A stretch of DNA of 64,000 nt from Salisapilia sapeloensis CBS 127946 (GCA_023334545.1 JAADVB010000065.1:15761-79760); one strand, 5' to 3'; positions 12,001 to 20,360 are shown, counted from the stretch's first letter. Translations and numbers: made by a program. The notes: generated from the letters alone by a model not told the origin.

Positions 12001-13097
12001 TATTAACGAGTCTTTCGCGAGGAGCGAAGAGTAGTGCAGAAGCTATTGACGGAGGAGACCACGACTTCCAGACCGTGACACGGTTCCGACTACCACGTCG
12101 GTTCTGTGCAGATGGCGTCATCGTGTCGTACTCTTCTCGTGAAGCGAAGGGGTATGCTGTGCTCTTGCTGACGTCTCTGGACAAGACGGACGAGTACGTC
12201 TACCATGTGGACTATGGTCTTGAATCTCGAGGCATGGTCTTGCTCACGGATAAGCGAGTGGTGTGCTTAAGTGCAAAGAGTGGTCAGAAACTATGGGAGT
12301 TAGCATTGGACTCGACGCTCGTGGTACAGGTAGCAGGTATCATGCTTTCGATCGGCCAGGCATCTGCCGCTCAGAAGACGTACAACATTGAATGCGACAA
12401 TGAGATCGTTGCACTCAACTTCCAAGTCGCCGTGGATTCAGCTCGAGTTGATCCCTCCGCTACGCGCTACTTGCTGCTAAATCTCGAAAAGAATCAGGAG
12501 GAAGAGACGAGGAGAGGGATGAAGATGGTTAAGTCCAAGGGTCGAACAATCGATAGGAGAGATGCAGGAACGGAGCGAACGGATTTGCGTCTATTAATGG
12601 AAAACGTGCAGGATACCAAGGTTACTGGTTTGTCGGAGGAAGACTTGCAAGCGCAGCCTCTACGAAGTGTACGCGTGGAACTGTGCCATTTGCATAACCA
12701 AGATGCGCACTCGAACGTCCCGTCGCGGACAGTCGATCATCTACTTTCATTCACGGTCTTTCAGATCCAGGTATACGGCGGTCCGTACCAATGGACTGTC
12801 TTCCGTCGGTACAGTCAGTTTCGAGAGCTCGTTTCCGCGCTTGAAGCTTCTGGCTATAATCTGGACTCAATGCCGTCGCTGCCACCGCGCACGTTTTTGC
12901 CCAGCACACGAGACGCTGTAGCCAAGCACCGACAAGAAGCGTTGACAGTTTTCTTGCAGGCAGCTGTAATGCATTCTGCGATTAGTCGCAGCTCGCCCAT
13001 GCTTGAGTTTGTCACGAGTGAGGCGCAGGAGATGCGGGTTAGCTTACCACCTCGATCGCCTGGTATTCTCGGTGAAGACGACGAAGATGAGCAGTAA
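1..13097 (+). CDS. VPS13: VPS13-family bridge-like lipid transfer protein (5'-truncated by window edge) with VAB/SHR-BD repeats, C2, PDZ, VPS13_C/ATG2_C and C-terminal PX domain
   Basis: Uninterrupted 4358-aa ORF; the frame is also open upstream of ATG 21 (CTC GAA GAT CGA GAT TTA), so the Chorein_N end lies outside the window. VAB-type motifs: VRLYCEYWLIDRTG, WSSPFELSSVGNF, PFKIKNEC. VPS13_C motifs: FQIDNQM, LCPVKVNVTF, GNPIGLVSTLGTGVKDFF, followed by the Gly-rich ATG2_C-like region. PDZ at ~9590-9815. PX motif RRYSQF...PSLP...RQEALTVFL at ~12670-13017. Confidence 0.93.
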   Translation, partial: LEDRDLMKLWRRVLCHMRFHVGEIVLRLQVKEMDEPGTHKVIEARLGEINTRVKIRSYDRRLEFGLGTFVLEDMVLSHSTKENGKPNVIQRRFIMESGEAGEKEMPKSTSEHLIRWALTSVSSDAPLPKDKGLCKYIAYETLVPDATAKYSVWQDPLVTPLSLEASLRTLTIHVRQDTMAEIIVFFFSSNRPTEPEPPKETESSPKKRARPKSNDLPDLTEEDLRSVSSSDRQVHESLSRRLGVWVKSSLLENVADSSYGSDTKPPSWSKQSTEAEEKADTPAQEGDKWEDLPAKLQLRLHVDGLTVFLHQDEKEVAEGASSAIVSLSTEKFCGCIHKFPRYMNIFASLSSLKLSDTSLTDRHHREIVSHATSLKAHESPTLEKEFGHVPTVEEVLQTLEEIPAVFSCAMQFYGPDNIQEAWHPGYSNRFSVRLKSPRIRVLYRFVDDIRNYFFNGILLQTVMSVWYRARPEMSWEGDFQLAQVATGQSFQSHTESNDKSGGESTVFGSDVVSMFPLLDVQMDDAVLEMPPHRVSSEALILRYDRFKFSNVHVLNEYADMDNRVLAKVLLNSSLSQLKMEVSTLRIVSNILLFTDDAPGMNSGGSFMEQSLLGSTDIHLDINLRTLSAIKVDIDFTPVRLVCNQEQYAFLLRVPFQNLQERSRYRFPMRSAVELQHLLTRGGNPERPTTPPPSEHFEASGFSTMTGDIITSITSEVGEESEDDAFDEVGEQDEKHATVVIIVPELTMELLRGYQGYQPSSSGDLSMADKDKKYQGSICVLDFTKCRTQVGYAFTTRRLESEVTIDGIHVRDSRAESHISESYRDVVVFEQPSEDEWDMLKQTKSVQIRFVKETRQVEAGSIKLEASDNKEVPSGSQDHSRGNSNLSNPPSSSETREKMTSSNHVQSSTRSRGGLRKRNTLADSVTERSKLSNSHSRLVYGRDIAESSAISQRLPGRPLVDENRMELNVDVLGFRVIPSNIHYDIVRFVLHRVSSAAYDSDNESTTSRSDGRSSESGEDGDEDEVIDSEQLLPSYRLISINLTLGPSAVLLVEDPFRQKSRALRFSWDASLSLDYLRTIYPNEYMGIQDFDWMVDRNQVFFKGDINNIHATSRLSKDSVWAGGGNFSAATADCLKPIGLGFEIQMDLATSFLDCRVAFDRIMDLRFGYLDFCTTYAALESILRMSRSRYDSESEGAKRPRAHSSSSVSSATNVDRSPPSSSSSSSASGMNASMYRTGLAGSRKRSNSATTKYGTSLIYLISASFRGRLQTRPVVGIYNSPWRKRYLVLPYTPQERNLVESVAFRILPAPGSTKEIGDEVYYGDRIILEVVPNQTEDMSAQKSLRSNADGLQHQMSSSRSPEAGGLLSASMTEDASARRMLISKYDRLGANGYLGLDGAAGTFETTIWKHGTTVFNSEKSVVFDRDVIALEEMTIYRTFSRAVKNQTSRTPGNRQQPVQFGSRGKKKPDMQELTDLMGTSAKEGGGYLMFNGVGDAPIPFALSISTEPTKVNDSAETTNENETKKRSDSSDTMDKAKLPAKTLLDNLKVIEFSLPGVNATIVNDYNNMLLPLLHLRVSNLHLDVRGQLDQRFSALAQLRCGVQAYNSQLAVWEPFVEDFNVDAALHGRGGALCDYCLSERQQVSPTGIKLQCAGLPTCLFRPARTEVFTEALAHSWQSKHFIYRELLHRSDGDDGTVTDANTFVLVIKEDLNINLSRNVVNVMLHFVALVTRVAPSDERLAMRLGPFIYVDNKSGIPFRVARNQSSASGPPPSDGVNLFNKSRNELQDMVQPSLEQGLASPTADWITAESGERVATNIVAHEAPAGSVTSPLRRLLWLKPLPPSTENSSPQSTTSSSSATNKAVPVPIGYSNRSFLHLDNAHGSSQDPWRGESIICETVAEQGTLVLRLRSKVQIANYLSVPVELVYNNGEYREVVSPSGEKHAHYVPVQFLSQGEIAFCPMLEGGRLHKSNSFRIESLVQPPDTQKITRTQSKSTAHAKREPAKMRRALTFYWDVHPEADTDESFEAGRPPFQLVLSASRKANRHETHISLRAPVQLENLIPFSLLYRTVCLKSESDVGWIEGNEESFTGTHGRIASGDHAHISELEMLMDGRGESMQELETPTVVALSVSLPEVRKGLYSQWKYGTFVYGTASVARRLELDLGPSYTEDGSARQLGKLPICVEVEPVDKARSIDAKEQIVDPLAPVIVRLYCEYWLIDRTGLGLHFYTPSGARITTGRTKRVTAMDEESTDGVTASSVSLAVYSGEPSQKLSRMKIGVPSTRGREEVRSEVFDTGAVGIRGQVLVPSSSMQTRRLEQTTAGAALFSIGEDTPASNGSTTAAQMDLFKQHEFGVIVEQGPAKFSRSKVVTLVHRHYFVNSSDRFQVHIRQEGSLDERAIVRLGPRESNYFHWSDSRLRARVQVRFVLPEYATQDDGENKRAIGNTSEWSSPFELSSVGNFVLRLKKPLQRAPSYLPQCLDDRKYKESHPEDYIDELDVYYEERQMLSSGLKLSVAVELHDPSVVVYLEEGEKLEAPPPSGNTDPDLEMAVEASRDEGNRSAFVPFKIKNECSNLELVVWQKTLAGDAHTGLRVGFEGGDLVRPFQTVDYVPYAFAGQPCVFVQVQTSIGLDDDKDASDKKSKRNAKRRRRRRNSGDPLGASASLPSGTNTQVLTSFEIQLNKLHRLPTMDLSDKKTKRRLWVEVRLDETAKTLLVTDMLPGDSSEHKRRRRATLLRSWKRYNAAVLSLSRLIAAHSSTYDQPDMFESMNEGDEGFSRNSRKHVHFAGYSPEKIDEQQLDMYPAFSGVTRDRTVETDTQNAKIALCVRLVHVLKLEELYRRHGTTDWASCRPYVTIRLETTGQHTESKIYPQAAAILPRWVPILTDKKKAPSPELQLLIGAGDDKLDATLVIEIREPDRYLFGSTLLSVLEMPLQKYLENVRTSQHTYEPLSALQFLAPVEMGDQSEDKTMIRLEMCAEYYPPGSLQDSDESVDAFERVQRAMRLARIKRQLESLRKSRTDLRGLLEKEAVDISTGHHDKHLPSVSTAASVASKTVSSDKKIHRSRRTSLSEMSDTSSVTSMSVASSVATEESKSSDDAYDDLRDERQLTAVMIGVSNLQVPASMVRRSGRRVYGSTERKEVREPKVYCTITYKESTRSAMSAVAKRSSESEAKNELDANTGDGSESSADSSPDRHRHVRTYEFAKGQRLGLDLVYQNGRVLVQGVLCGDACGQLLHEGKVRIGDTVVAVDGQTIVNLHREASFRAIEKARQLGTVDEEREEEAPTTFTLSFLDQPMSQRPTWRSQESIERSDEDRGKEEEEEMAGYDAEWNRRVEFVETAPSAGDRTSTATKEESVLVRVYLRNDAVDHGLSNAQESSVVPFLYFFGDDSTMDHLDHSKQDSRFDELLGECWVPLPPFNTGDATSAFENAESVLSSAVDPLSIDSSPDSAFYERVCALYLPRTRSGQSSRRMMTMIGELRLALKWDLLDPLATAKSKEDLRIYSQIEMAHVCVSVIDDASSSAPSSSSGQAQEVLNISMSNKFADAGIQLSYAYMSSGKHVLNASVGHFQIDNQMLDTDYPVFLHPMRLIDNQVEQSAPDEDGADTSPSIRLLPTFQLMTVFGTEPGVARFDYIFAQLQELEIKLEDSTLVALAHVLRGVNWGLLDTSSGNSQHERQPSKSFADDMTGTGAGYETSEDQPELNLALRLLEKEWSSPVRILASSAGAMTISSSAESHHTGTTKVLLRWLLLCPVKVNVTFTSTADRARLLSLLSPDMSSTLRAVISAAAALMSNLDQAPIKIPEFYVENLLETTRTLAFYGVQHYVHHGLRSWYNLMGSVDVLGNPIGLVSTLGTGVKDFFYTPAQMLLDDEDGSIRISNLRTGMTKGSKSLLRNTAVGIFHTTGKITETLGKGLSMLALDDQYTLHRQRQLSKQSREIQDLGGAITVGSRGLIGGLWDGVKGVVSAPVEGAEVDGAGGFVLGIGKGFAGLVVKPTAGFLDLLTSLSRGAKSSAEAIDGGDHDFQTVTRFRLPRRFCADGVIVSYSSREAKGYAVLLLTSLDKTDEYVYHVDYGLESRGMVLLTDKRVVCLSAKSGQKLWELALDSTLVVQVAGIMLSIGQASAAQKTYNIECDNEIVALNFQVAVDSARVDPSATRYLLLNLEKNQEEETRRGMKMVKSKGRTIDRRDAGTERTDLRLLMENVQDTKVTGLSEEDLQAQPLRSVRVELCHLHNQDAHSNVPSRTVDHLLSFTVFQIQVYGGPYQWTVFRRYSQFRELVSALEASGYNLDSMPSLPPRTFLPSTRDAVAKHRQEALTVFLQAAVMHSAISRSSPMLEFVTSEAQEMRVSLPPRSPGILGEDDEDEQ

Positions 13098-14022
13098 TTT
13101 CAGAAACAATGAGTCAAAGTGGTATCGATTGAGAAGACTGTAGTGGACTGATAGGTGGGTAGAGACAGATAGTTGTAATCAAGGATTGTTGTGCATCTAG
13201 CACGACAGAAATAATGGAAACATCTTTTACGCTGAAATGAGTGTATAAACCTCGTGGGAGCTGTAAGATCTTCTGTCATTTGGATGGTAGAGCCTCTGTT
13301 CAGTTTCCTGTGAGATATGGAAAAGGTCTGCTGGTATATTAAAATGGAAGTCTTGGGATAAATGCCCGGAGGGTGTAGACACTTATATTCAGTGTAAGTG
13401 TTGGGGTGTCGCGCTTACAAACTAGTAGATGCTCGGGTCTTAGTCATGCAGAGCTCTTCGAAACAACACTGGAAGAAATTTGCTTTCCTTCTGTAGATCT
13501 GTGCTCCACTACGACGTATTTATACCACTAGGCCGTCTAGGATGATGTCTTTCCATAGGAAGATGGTTCTGTCGCAACGGTTTTACCCTTCCATTGAAAA
13601 ATGGACGCATCTAATTGTGATCAATCCATTCCATCATACCATGACTGCAGCTTCTCCCTAGTTCAAATCAACGCATAGTATGTCTACTCCTATGGCATCA
13701 AATAACGGTCAAAACCACTAGAATAGTTGTTAAAGTCCGCATTGCAACAACATTGTGACTATGTGTACATTCCCATTTTCAGGCGTTTCGACCGTCTCCA
13801 TGCTCTTCTGGACTCTAACCGCCACCAACATACTTTCTGTTTTTGCATGACATATATCATCCAAGTGAAGTGGCTCGCAGTCCCTTCTTTGCGAGTGCTT
13901 TCTTTCCAAGGATTCCGTTTCACTGGCCAGCATACGTGATCGAGGATGAATGTGCGATAGGTCATGTTTCATCACAACGTGCGTTAGCCCCTCTCTACAG
14001 GCGAGCTTGCTCTGACATCGCA

Positions 14023-14038
14023 GCTCATTTTTAAATTC
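14023..14038 (+). promoter_or_regulatory. Oomycete core promoter (Inr + flanking promoter region)
   Basis: GCTCATTTTTAAATTC matches the established oomycete consensus GCTCATTYBNNNWTTY at every position, 48 nt upstream of the Myb ATG at 14087. Confidence 0.7.
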
Positions 14039-14086
14039 TCTGCACAGGGAGCAAGCACAAACAAATTTAGTCGCATCATTGATACA

Positions 14087-14837
14087 ATGACGCTAACACC
14101 GAAGGTCAAGCAGCAACTATCCGAGTTCACTCACTCGCTGGCACATGCACCGCTTCAACTGTCCTCCCCTCCTTCACAACGAAGTTCGCCTTCCAAGTCG
14201 TCTGTGTCACCGACGTCGCCATCACACAGTAGATCGCCCCCACATGCACTCGCCGGACGAACGAAGCAAATGTGGACAGCAGAAGAGGTAAACACGTGAC
14301 ATGCCATATATGATCACTGTCGAGCAAGGTATTAACCATACCTTTCATGATAGCACGAACGGTTCTTGGAAGCGCTGCAGCTATACCCAAGTGGCCCATG
14401 GAGAAGAATAGCTGAACACGTCGGTACGAAGAATGCCAGGTAAAGAGCGCTATAACATTAGCATGTACTATCAACCGTAAAGCTCATTCACCATCCATTG
14501 CAGGCAATCCATGAGCCACTGTCAAAAGTTTAGACAGAAGATCACGCGGTGGCAACAGCAGCAAGCCGCCCAAGTTTCCAAACAAACATCGACCCACTGT
14601 AGTTCAACTGGTGGATCTACCGATACGAACGTGATCGTTAATCATTACAAACCTATAAAGACGGAGCGTCAGAGACTATCGGAGTGTAGCAACCAATTAA
14701 AGAGCCTGCAGGTTCCGTCAGAGCCTCCATTTGATGTCGACATGTCGGAAGAAGACTTTTTCGAAAAGGAGATTTTACCCATTTTGGAGAGTTTAGAAGA
14801 TTTCCGTGATCAATATGACGAGAAAAATGGTAACTGA
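14087..14837 (+). CDS. Single-repeat Myb (SHAQKY-class) transcription factor, 3 exons
   Basis: Exons 14087-14287, 14354-14439 and 14504-14837 are joined by GT-AG introns and splice in frame to WTAEEHERFLEALQLYPSGPWRRIAEHVGTKNARQSMSHCQKFRQK, a canonical Myb/SANT repeat. Confidence 0.88.
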
Positions 14838-15818
14838 GTCGAATAAGACAAAGAGTACGGCAATGAACCGATGGATAAATGCCGAAGGAATGTATGAATG
14901 CAAAACGTTTAATGTGAAAAGTAAAGTATTTGCTTCCAAAGAGCGAATATCCATCAAAATTCGCATTCGGCTTGATGTAGCTTGTCGCATCTTGTACTCC
15001 ATCTTTGCAAAATGCCTTTTACAACTCCTTGAGGGTTGCATAGCTTAAGTAATTAATAGGTGTCGTAGAACCTATCCGCCCATCGACGTATTTAAAAAAA
15101 AATTGTCTAATATGCGGTAACAATCTAAATGTTAAATGCTGCTTTTAGGGTCATGCGTATCATTTGTTAGCTACTGAGTAGAATGCGTTCTTTCATAAAA
15201 TGACGAATGCGCAATGACGACAAAATATTAACTCATGACGACCTAATACGAACAGTCTTCCATGTACTTTCCCCATTATTTTTCTAAAGCCAGACAATAT
15301 GCTACTGACCATGACAAACGGGTAGAAGAGGCGAGCAAAACTCCTCAAGTACAGTAAAAATACTTGTACTATTTATTGGACATTTAGAATTATAGCTATG
15401 GTAACTTGGATTGTGTAGACTTGAGATCCACGTAAATGTGCGGTACAGTTTTAACATAGCTCACTTGAGAATTCGTCCCAAACAGCCGAAGTCGCATCTC
15501 CATATCGCGATACTATTGCAAAAGGGCTTGGGACCGTAGAGAATTTCCCCCTAGGGTGCCTCTTGAAAAATCGCCTTACATAGGGAACCATATACCCTTT
15601 TATAGTGATTATACTTGAAATTTATATGTGAAAATGTTTTATACCAGAATTTGTATACGTCTTCAAGTAGATGAAGGAAAGAATTGTATGAATTAAAGCG
15701 AGTTTCTTTCTCTACTAAGATGACCTTCAATCTATGTAAAGTCTAAAATTTGTTGTCTTGTATTTACACACTTTTCTTCCTCCTCATTTACTCCCGTACA
15801 GTAGCTTGATCCCACAAG

Positions 15819-16178
15819 TTAAGATTTTAAAGACGTAGACGTATCATCTTTTAAGTTGCTGCACTCGCGGGTTTCTTTGAAGATGTGTTTTAATGCAGCG
15901 TTATCTGTTGCTGCAGTTGTAGGAGAGTAGAAAACAGTATTTATCTTCTTGCCATTGACCCGAAATATAGGTGGACCTCGCTTGGCATCTCCTATCAAAG
16001 ATGCTGGGTTCACTTTAAGGCAGCAGTCGTTGTCGATTTTGGGTCACAAGAGATACCGACCAAGCGTAATAGCATGGCCAAATAAACCAACGTCATTGTC
16101 GATTTCCTTTGGATATTTCTGAACCTTGTTTGTCTCTTTCAACTTCTCCGTAGCTGCAGTGTTATTCGTTTTGCTCAT
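15819..16178 (-). pseudogene. 119-codon frame interrupted by one in-frame TGA; unknown product
   Basis: ATG at 16178 reads MSKTNN...GRYLL, then TGA (16046-16044), then continues in frame PKIDNDCCLKVNPASL...SLKS to TAA at 15819. No family recognised. Confidence 0.3.
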
Positions 16179-16777
16179 TGAGAGGTATAGGATGAAAGAC
16201 TACGTTTGCGGCTGCACGATTTGAATGAAATGCACTAGAAATTTGTCGAGGGTAGGGAATCCCTATGGAAAATCGCCATACTTCGGGGGCTCAGACAGGG
16301 TAGGGAGGGTGCCATACCTATGCGATGGTTCGGTGTCCTGCATTGCAACCCACACTTTAATAAAACAGTTTTACAAGTTGAAGTCCGGATATTCGTAGTC
16401 TGACCAACACACACTAGTCTTCTTATCTTTACTCAAAACTTTTTACCTTCCAAGCCACCTTCCATCCTCTTGTCGAATGCAGCCGTAATAAAATTTAAAC
16501 CTCTTGTCCATGTAAAGCAGGTTCTCTAAAAGTTATTTAGCTATTCGTTTTAACGCCTACCACCCAAATGAAGCCAGATTCGAGTAGAGTTAAACGACTC
16601 AGTCATGGCAGCGTGAAAGCAACAAGCTATTGCTGGATTTATTTACCACGTCACGTGCAATTCTCGTAGTAACTATCCATCCCACTCCATTCTGCTTGGA
16701 AGCGACATTTTCAGTTTACGCCTATACAAAAAGCAATATAAAACTTCAACCTTCATTTTTGATCAGCAAGAGACGAT

Positions 16778-19022
16778 ATGCGCCGTCTGCTCCACGTCCG
16801 ACGCAGCCTCCACAGGAACTACGCCTTCCGCAAGCTTCATAGGAAGCATCCACAAGCCCATAGATGTCTCTCTACTATAATCACAAGCAACGATAGCGAC
16901 GAAACGGAAGGAACGCATCCAGCAGAGTTCCACGATCTGCCTGGCGCCGAAGAGCTAGACAAGGATGATAACGCACTGCTTCCAGCTCTACGCGTTCTAT
17001 CAGAGGCACTCACAATGGCTCGGGAAAGCCCTGCTATCAAGCGGTGGACTTCCACCGAATGGCTCATGGGTCTGACCGTACTCGCTCAGCACCGCTCGAA
17101 TCAACGACGTAAAGGAGATACGGTCGCCGTTTCCACTCGCTTCGAGCATTCCAGCAGTCGTTTTCCGCTTGAAAAAGACAAGTTGCAAACGTTGCTGCGC
17201 CATGTACGCACGAGTGATGCTGTGTATGAACGCAACGTCTCGTCCTTTTGCACACATACAGACTTTACGGAAGACCAAGTTCTTCGGACACACACGGGCG
17301 GCTTCTTCTCTCCCAAGTTCCACCTCGTACTAGACCATGACCACAAAGAAATCGTCCTGACAGTCCGAGGATCGGCGTCCATTCTAGACTTTGTCACCGA
17401 CCTGCACATGTGGAACGAACCTTTTCACGACGGACAAGGCCATCGAGGCATGGTACACGCCGCCAATTGGCTCGTGGCGCATCTAAAGGATGAACTAGTA
17501 GACTTACAGCATGAATACACTTCTTATCAAGTCGTTCTTACAGGGCACAGCCTCGGCGCCGCTGTTGCTGCCTTGGCCACCATTCGTCTCCAGGACGAGA
17601 TTCCAAACATCCGCTGCTATGGCTTTGGTACAGCTGCGTGTGTGACGAAAGATATCGCTCATAAATGTGCAGACTGTGTCACGACAATCGTTTATGGCGA
17701 CGACTGTGTGCCTCGGCTGCATCAGCACTCGATCATCGATCTGCACGATGAAGTCGCTTTATTTGACTGGAGACAGACACTAAAAGACATGGTCAAGGAA
17801 GGCGTGGAAGATCAAAAGATGATTATGCAGAAGACGACAGAGACACAGATCGAGGGACTAAGACAAAAGCTGGAGGCCCTGACACTCGTAAGAGAGAACG
17901 AGAACAGTGCTTTATCCAAGCTTGGACACTTGCTATCTGTATACGCACCTTCATGCTAATATCTGAGGAACACAGGCCTAACAGAGTACATAGAACTGGT
18001 CGGAGCTGTTTCCAAACAAGACCGAAGGCTCCATGTCAGCGTCGTGGAACGCGACTCGCGCGTCCTTCCAGATGGATCGTCTTGCACTCGACCGAGTCGA
18101 GTCGATTAAAAACTTATTTATGTCTGATAGGAAAGAGGATAAGAAGGGAAAGAGTAAGAAAGAAAGCTCTTCTTTCTGGTGGAAGCAGATGGAGTCGTCT
18201 GTCGATGCACTCGAGTTGCTTAGTGACTCGGTGAACAAACCAGAGGAGCTCGAAAGACTACTAACTGAATCCAAGAAACTATTGGCGAAAACGTCTCAAT
18301 CGGCCAAAAAGGGATCCGTTGCTGCGAAAGGTGCGCTTTACATTGATGCAGATGGCTGACAGTACCTCACGTTGCTTGTAGTACCGCCGCAAGTGCGTAA
18401 GTTCCAGGAGCGGATTGACGGTGTCATTAAAAAGACGTCCGACTCGCTCAGTTCTGCTTTTAAAGACAAAATATCCGAGGTATCCGATGCTGTAGCTTCG
18501 AACGTTCATGACTATGTCGAAAGCGTCAAGGACGAAGCACAGACGTGGACGACAAAACTCCGAAAGTCTTTCAAAGGAATGTCTTCATCCAACTCGAGCG
18601 GTGCGAAGCGAGAGGACATTGAATCCATGTTCCAGGCACTAGAAGCAGACACACTTGCACTACCGTCTACTAGTTGTAGCGACAAGACATCCAGTGAGAA
18701 GGCTCCATCCAAGTCAGAGCTAGAAGCACAAGAAGAGGCACGGGATATGATTGAAAAGGAGGCTGCTAGTCAAGAGATCGAAGGAACGACGGAAGAATTG
18801 ATGCATGACCCACTCTACCCTCCTGGACGACTACTGTACTTGAGCAGACCTACGGAAGATGGAAAAGAACTGGATCTGGTTGAAGTGGAAAACGACGAGT
18901 TTCAGCATATCGTTCTGTCGAATCGTATGCTGCTAGACCACTTGTGTACGACATACGAAAAAGTGCTGCAAGAAGTGGAGAAGAAGTGGATTGAAAAGGA
19001 CACAGAGATCGAAGCCAAGTAG
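16778..19022 (+). CDS. Lipase class 3 (DAG-lipase-like), 3 exons, possible mitochondrial presequence
   Basis: VRGS oxyanion segment, GHRGMV lid region, nucleophile GHSLGA, DDCVPRL (Asp), and C-terminal LYPPGR...MLLDHL (His). The three ORF blocks 16778/18033/18372 join through GT-AG introns at ~17888-17992 and ~18331-18381. Confidence 0.88.
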
Positions 19023-19352
19023 ACACTACTAACATGCCCAGACAAATAGATGATAGACGTCTACTCTACTCTTTTAAAGCATTCATGCTTGTCTTACTTG
19101 GGAATTTGTTCAAGAATTTGTAAGATTTCTTGCAGCCAGTCTTTCATGTCGGTAGATGGGATGTCATCCACCTTATTCCACGAGTCTTCTTTGCACCAGG
19201 CTATCTTAGTAACGAAACTAGTTGTAGCCTCTCGCTTTGCGAGAGGTATAACACGTTAGGATGGTTGATGAACATTTAGGGTGGATAAAGGAGCAAATAA
19301 TACATTCTATTGTTATGCAACAGCCACTAAATTGCGTGGAGACAAATATATT

Positions 19353-19371
19353 TATATATATATATATATAT
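19353..19371. repeat. (TA)9 microsatellite
   Basis: Direct reading: tatatatatatatatatat. Confidence 0.9.
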
Positions 19372-19587
19372 TGATCTTTCGATCACGTTTTTTAATTCTA
19401 TCTTACATCATGCGTTCTATAGAATGTGTTCGCGCTAAGTACTGAGTCGGCATAATTAGGATTCACATGTTGAAACTCTGATAACGATGATCGAATCGGG
19501 CGCTTCTGTGTTTGTTGGGAATAGATGATTTTGATTTGCCACTTGCCATTGGAAACCTAGCGAAACACTTTAGGTGAGTACTGACGT

Positions 19588-20360
19588 CCAGGACTGAAAA
19601 TAGTCCTAAACCTAAGATGGATCCATGACTGTCCAGGATTGGTTCAGTATCAGTCAAGGATTTGCAATGATTAGCTATAAATTATTCGAGCCAATTAAAA
19701 TGACTTGAAATATATGAAGAATCGCGGTAATTTGTAACTTGTACATAGAAATCTTGAAAATCGACCAAGTACATGGTTCCTGGTACAAGACTTCATGTGG
19801 ACGATTCATATCGATATACGAGGGAAAAAAGTGGACTGAAAGCAAAAGTGCATTACTAAAGTATATCTATTCGATGCTGTTATCCTTATCTCGACCAAGT
19901 GAAGGCCTTTCATATCGGCCGTATGTCTACGCTTGTACAATCATGATCGACCAATATGTAGTAACGTAGCCTTTTGACAAGCACAAAGAGATTGTATTCA
20001 TTGTTTATCGGGCTAAACTACACAGCACTGCTTGCCTGCAGGCTAATGTCTAGTTCAATCCAACGATAGTTAGCGGTATTGACTTGCACAAGTGATATTG
20101 ACTGGCACAAGCGACATCATTCGCAACACTACCTTCACTTGCCAGTTTCATGAATTGTAACCTTACCACCACCTTCGTTTATGGTCTCACCTGTGCTGTT
20201 ATGCCGCCATCGCCATTGGCCACCATGCTGGCTTGCTCAGTATACAGAGAATATATATGTGAGAACTAAATGTCAAGTATCCTCTTAGCCAGCCAATTAT
20301 TTCTGAAACTTACAATAATTCCAGTCCTGGCTTAGTCTTGGATGTAGAATCCTGTCCTGG
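19588..20360. mobile_element. Possible degenerate non-autonomous DNA transposon with CCAGGAC-type inverted ends
   Basis: 19621-19642 ATCCATGACTGTCCAGGATTGG aligns with the reverse complement of 20321-20343 (ATCCAAGACTAAGCCAGGACTGG) at 18/23. An additional outer CCAGGAC / GTCCTGG pair lies at 19588-19594 and 20354-20360. No TSD identified. Confidence 0.3.

Noticed and set aside
15349-15805. Three TACAGT hexamers resembling Tc1/pogo termini and a small bulged hairpin at 15348-15370
   Set aside because: All are in the same orientation with no matching inverted end.
16044-16046. TGA as a selenocysteine codon
   Set aside because: No redox-motif context or recognisable SECIS; pseudogenisation is simpler. 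It is kept only as a low-probability option.
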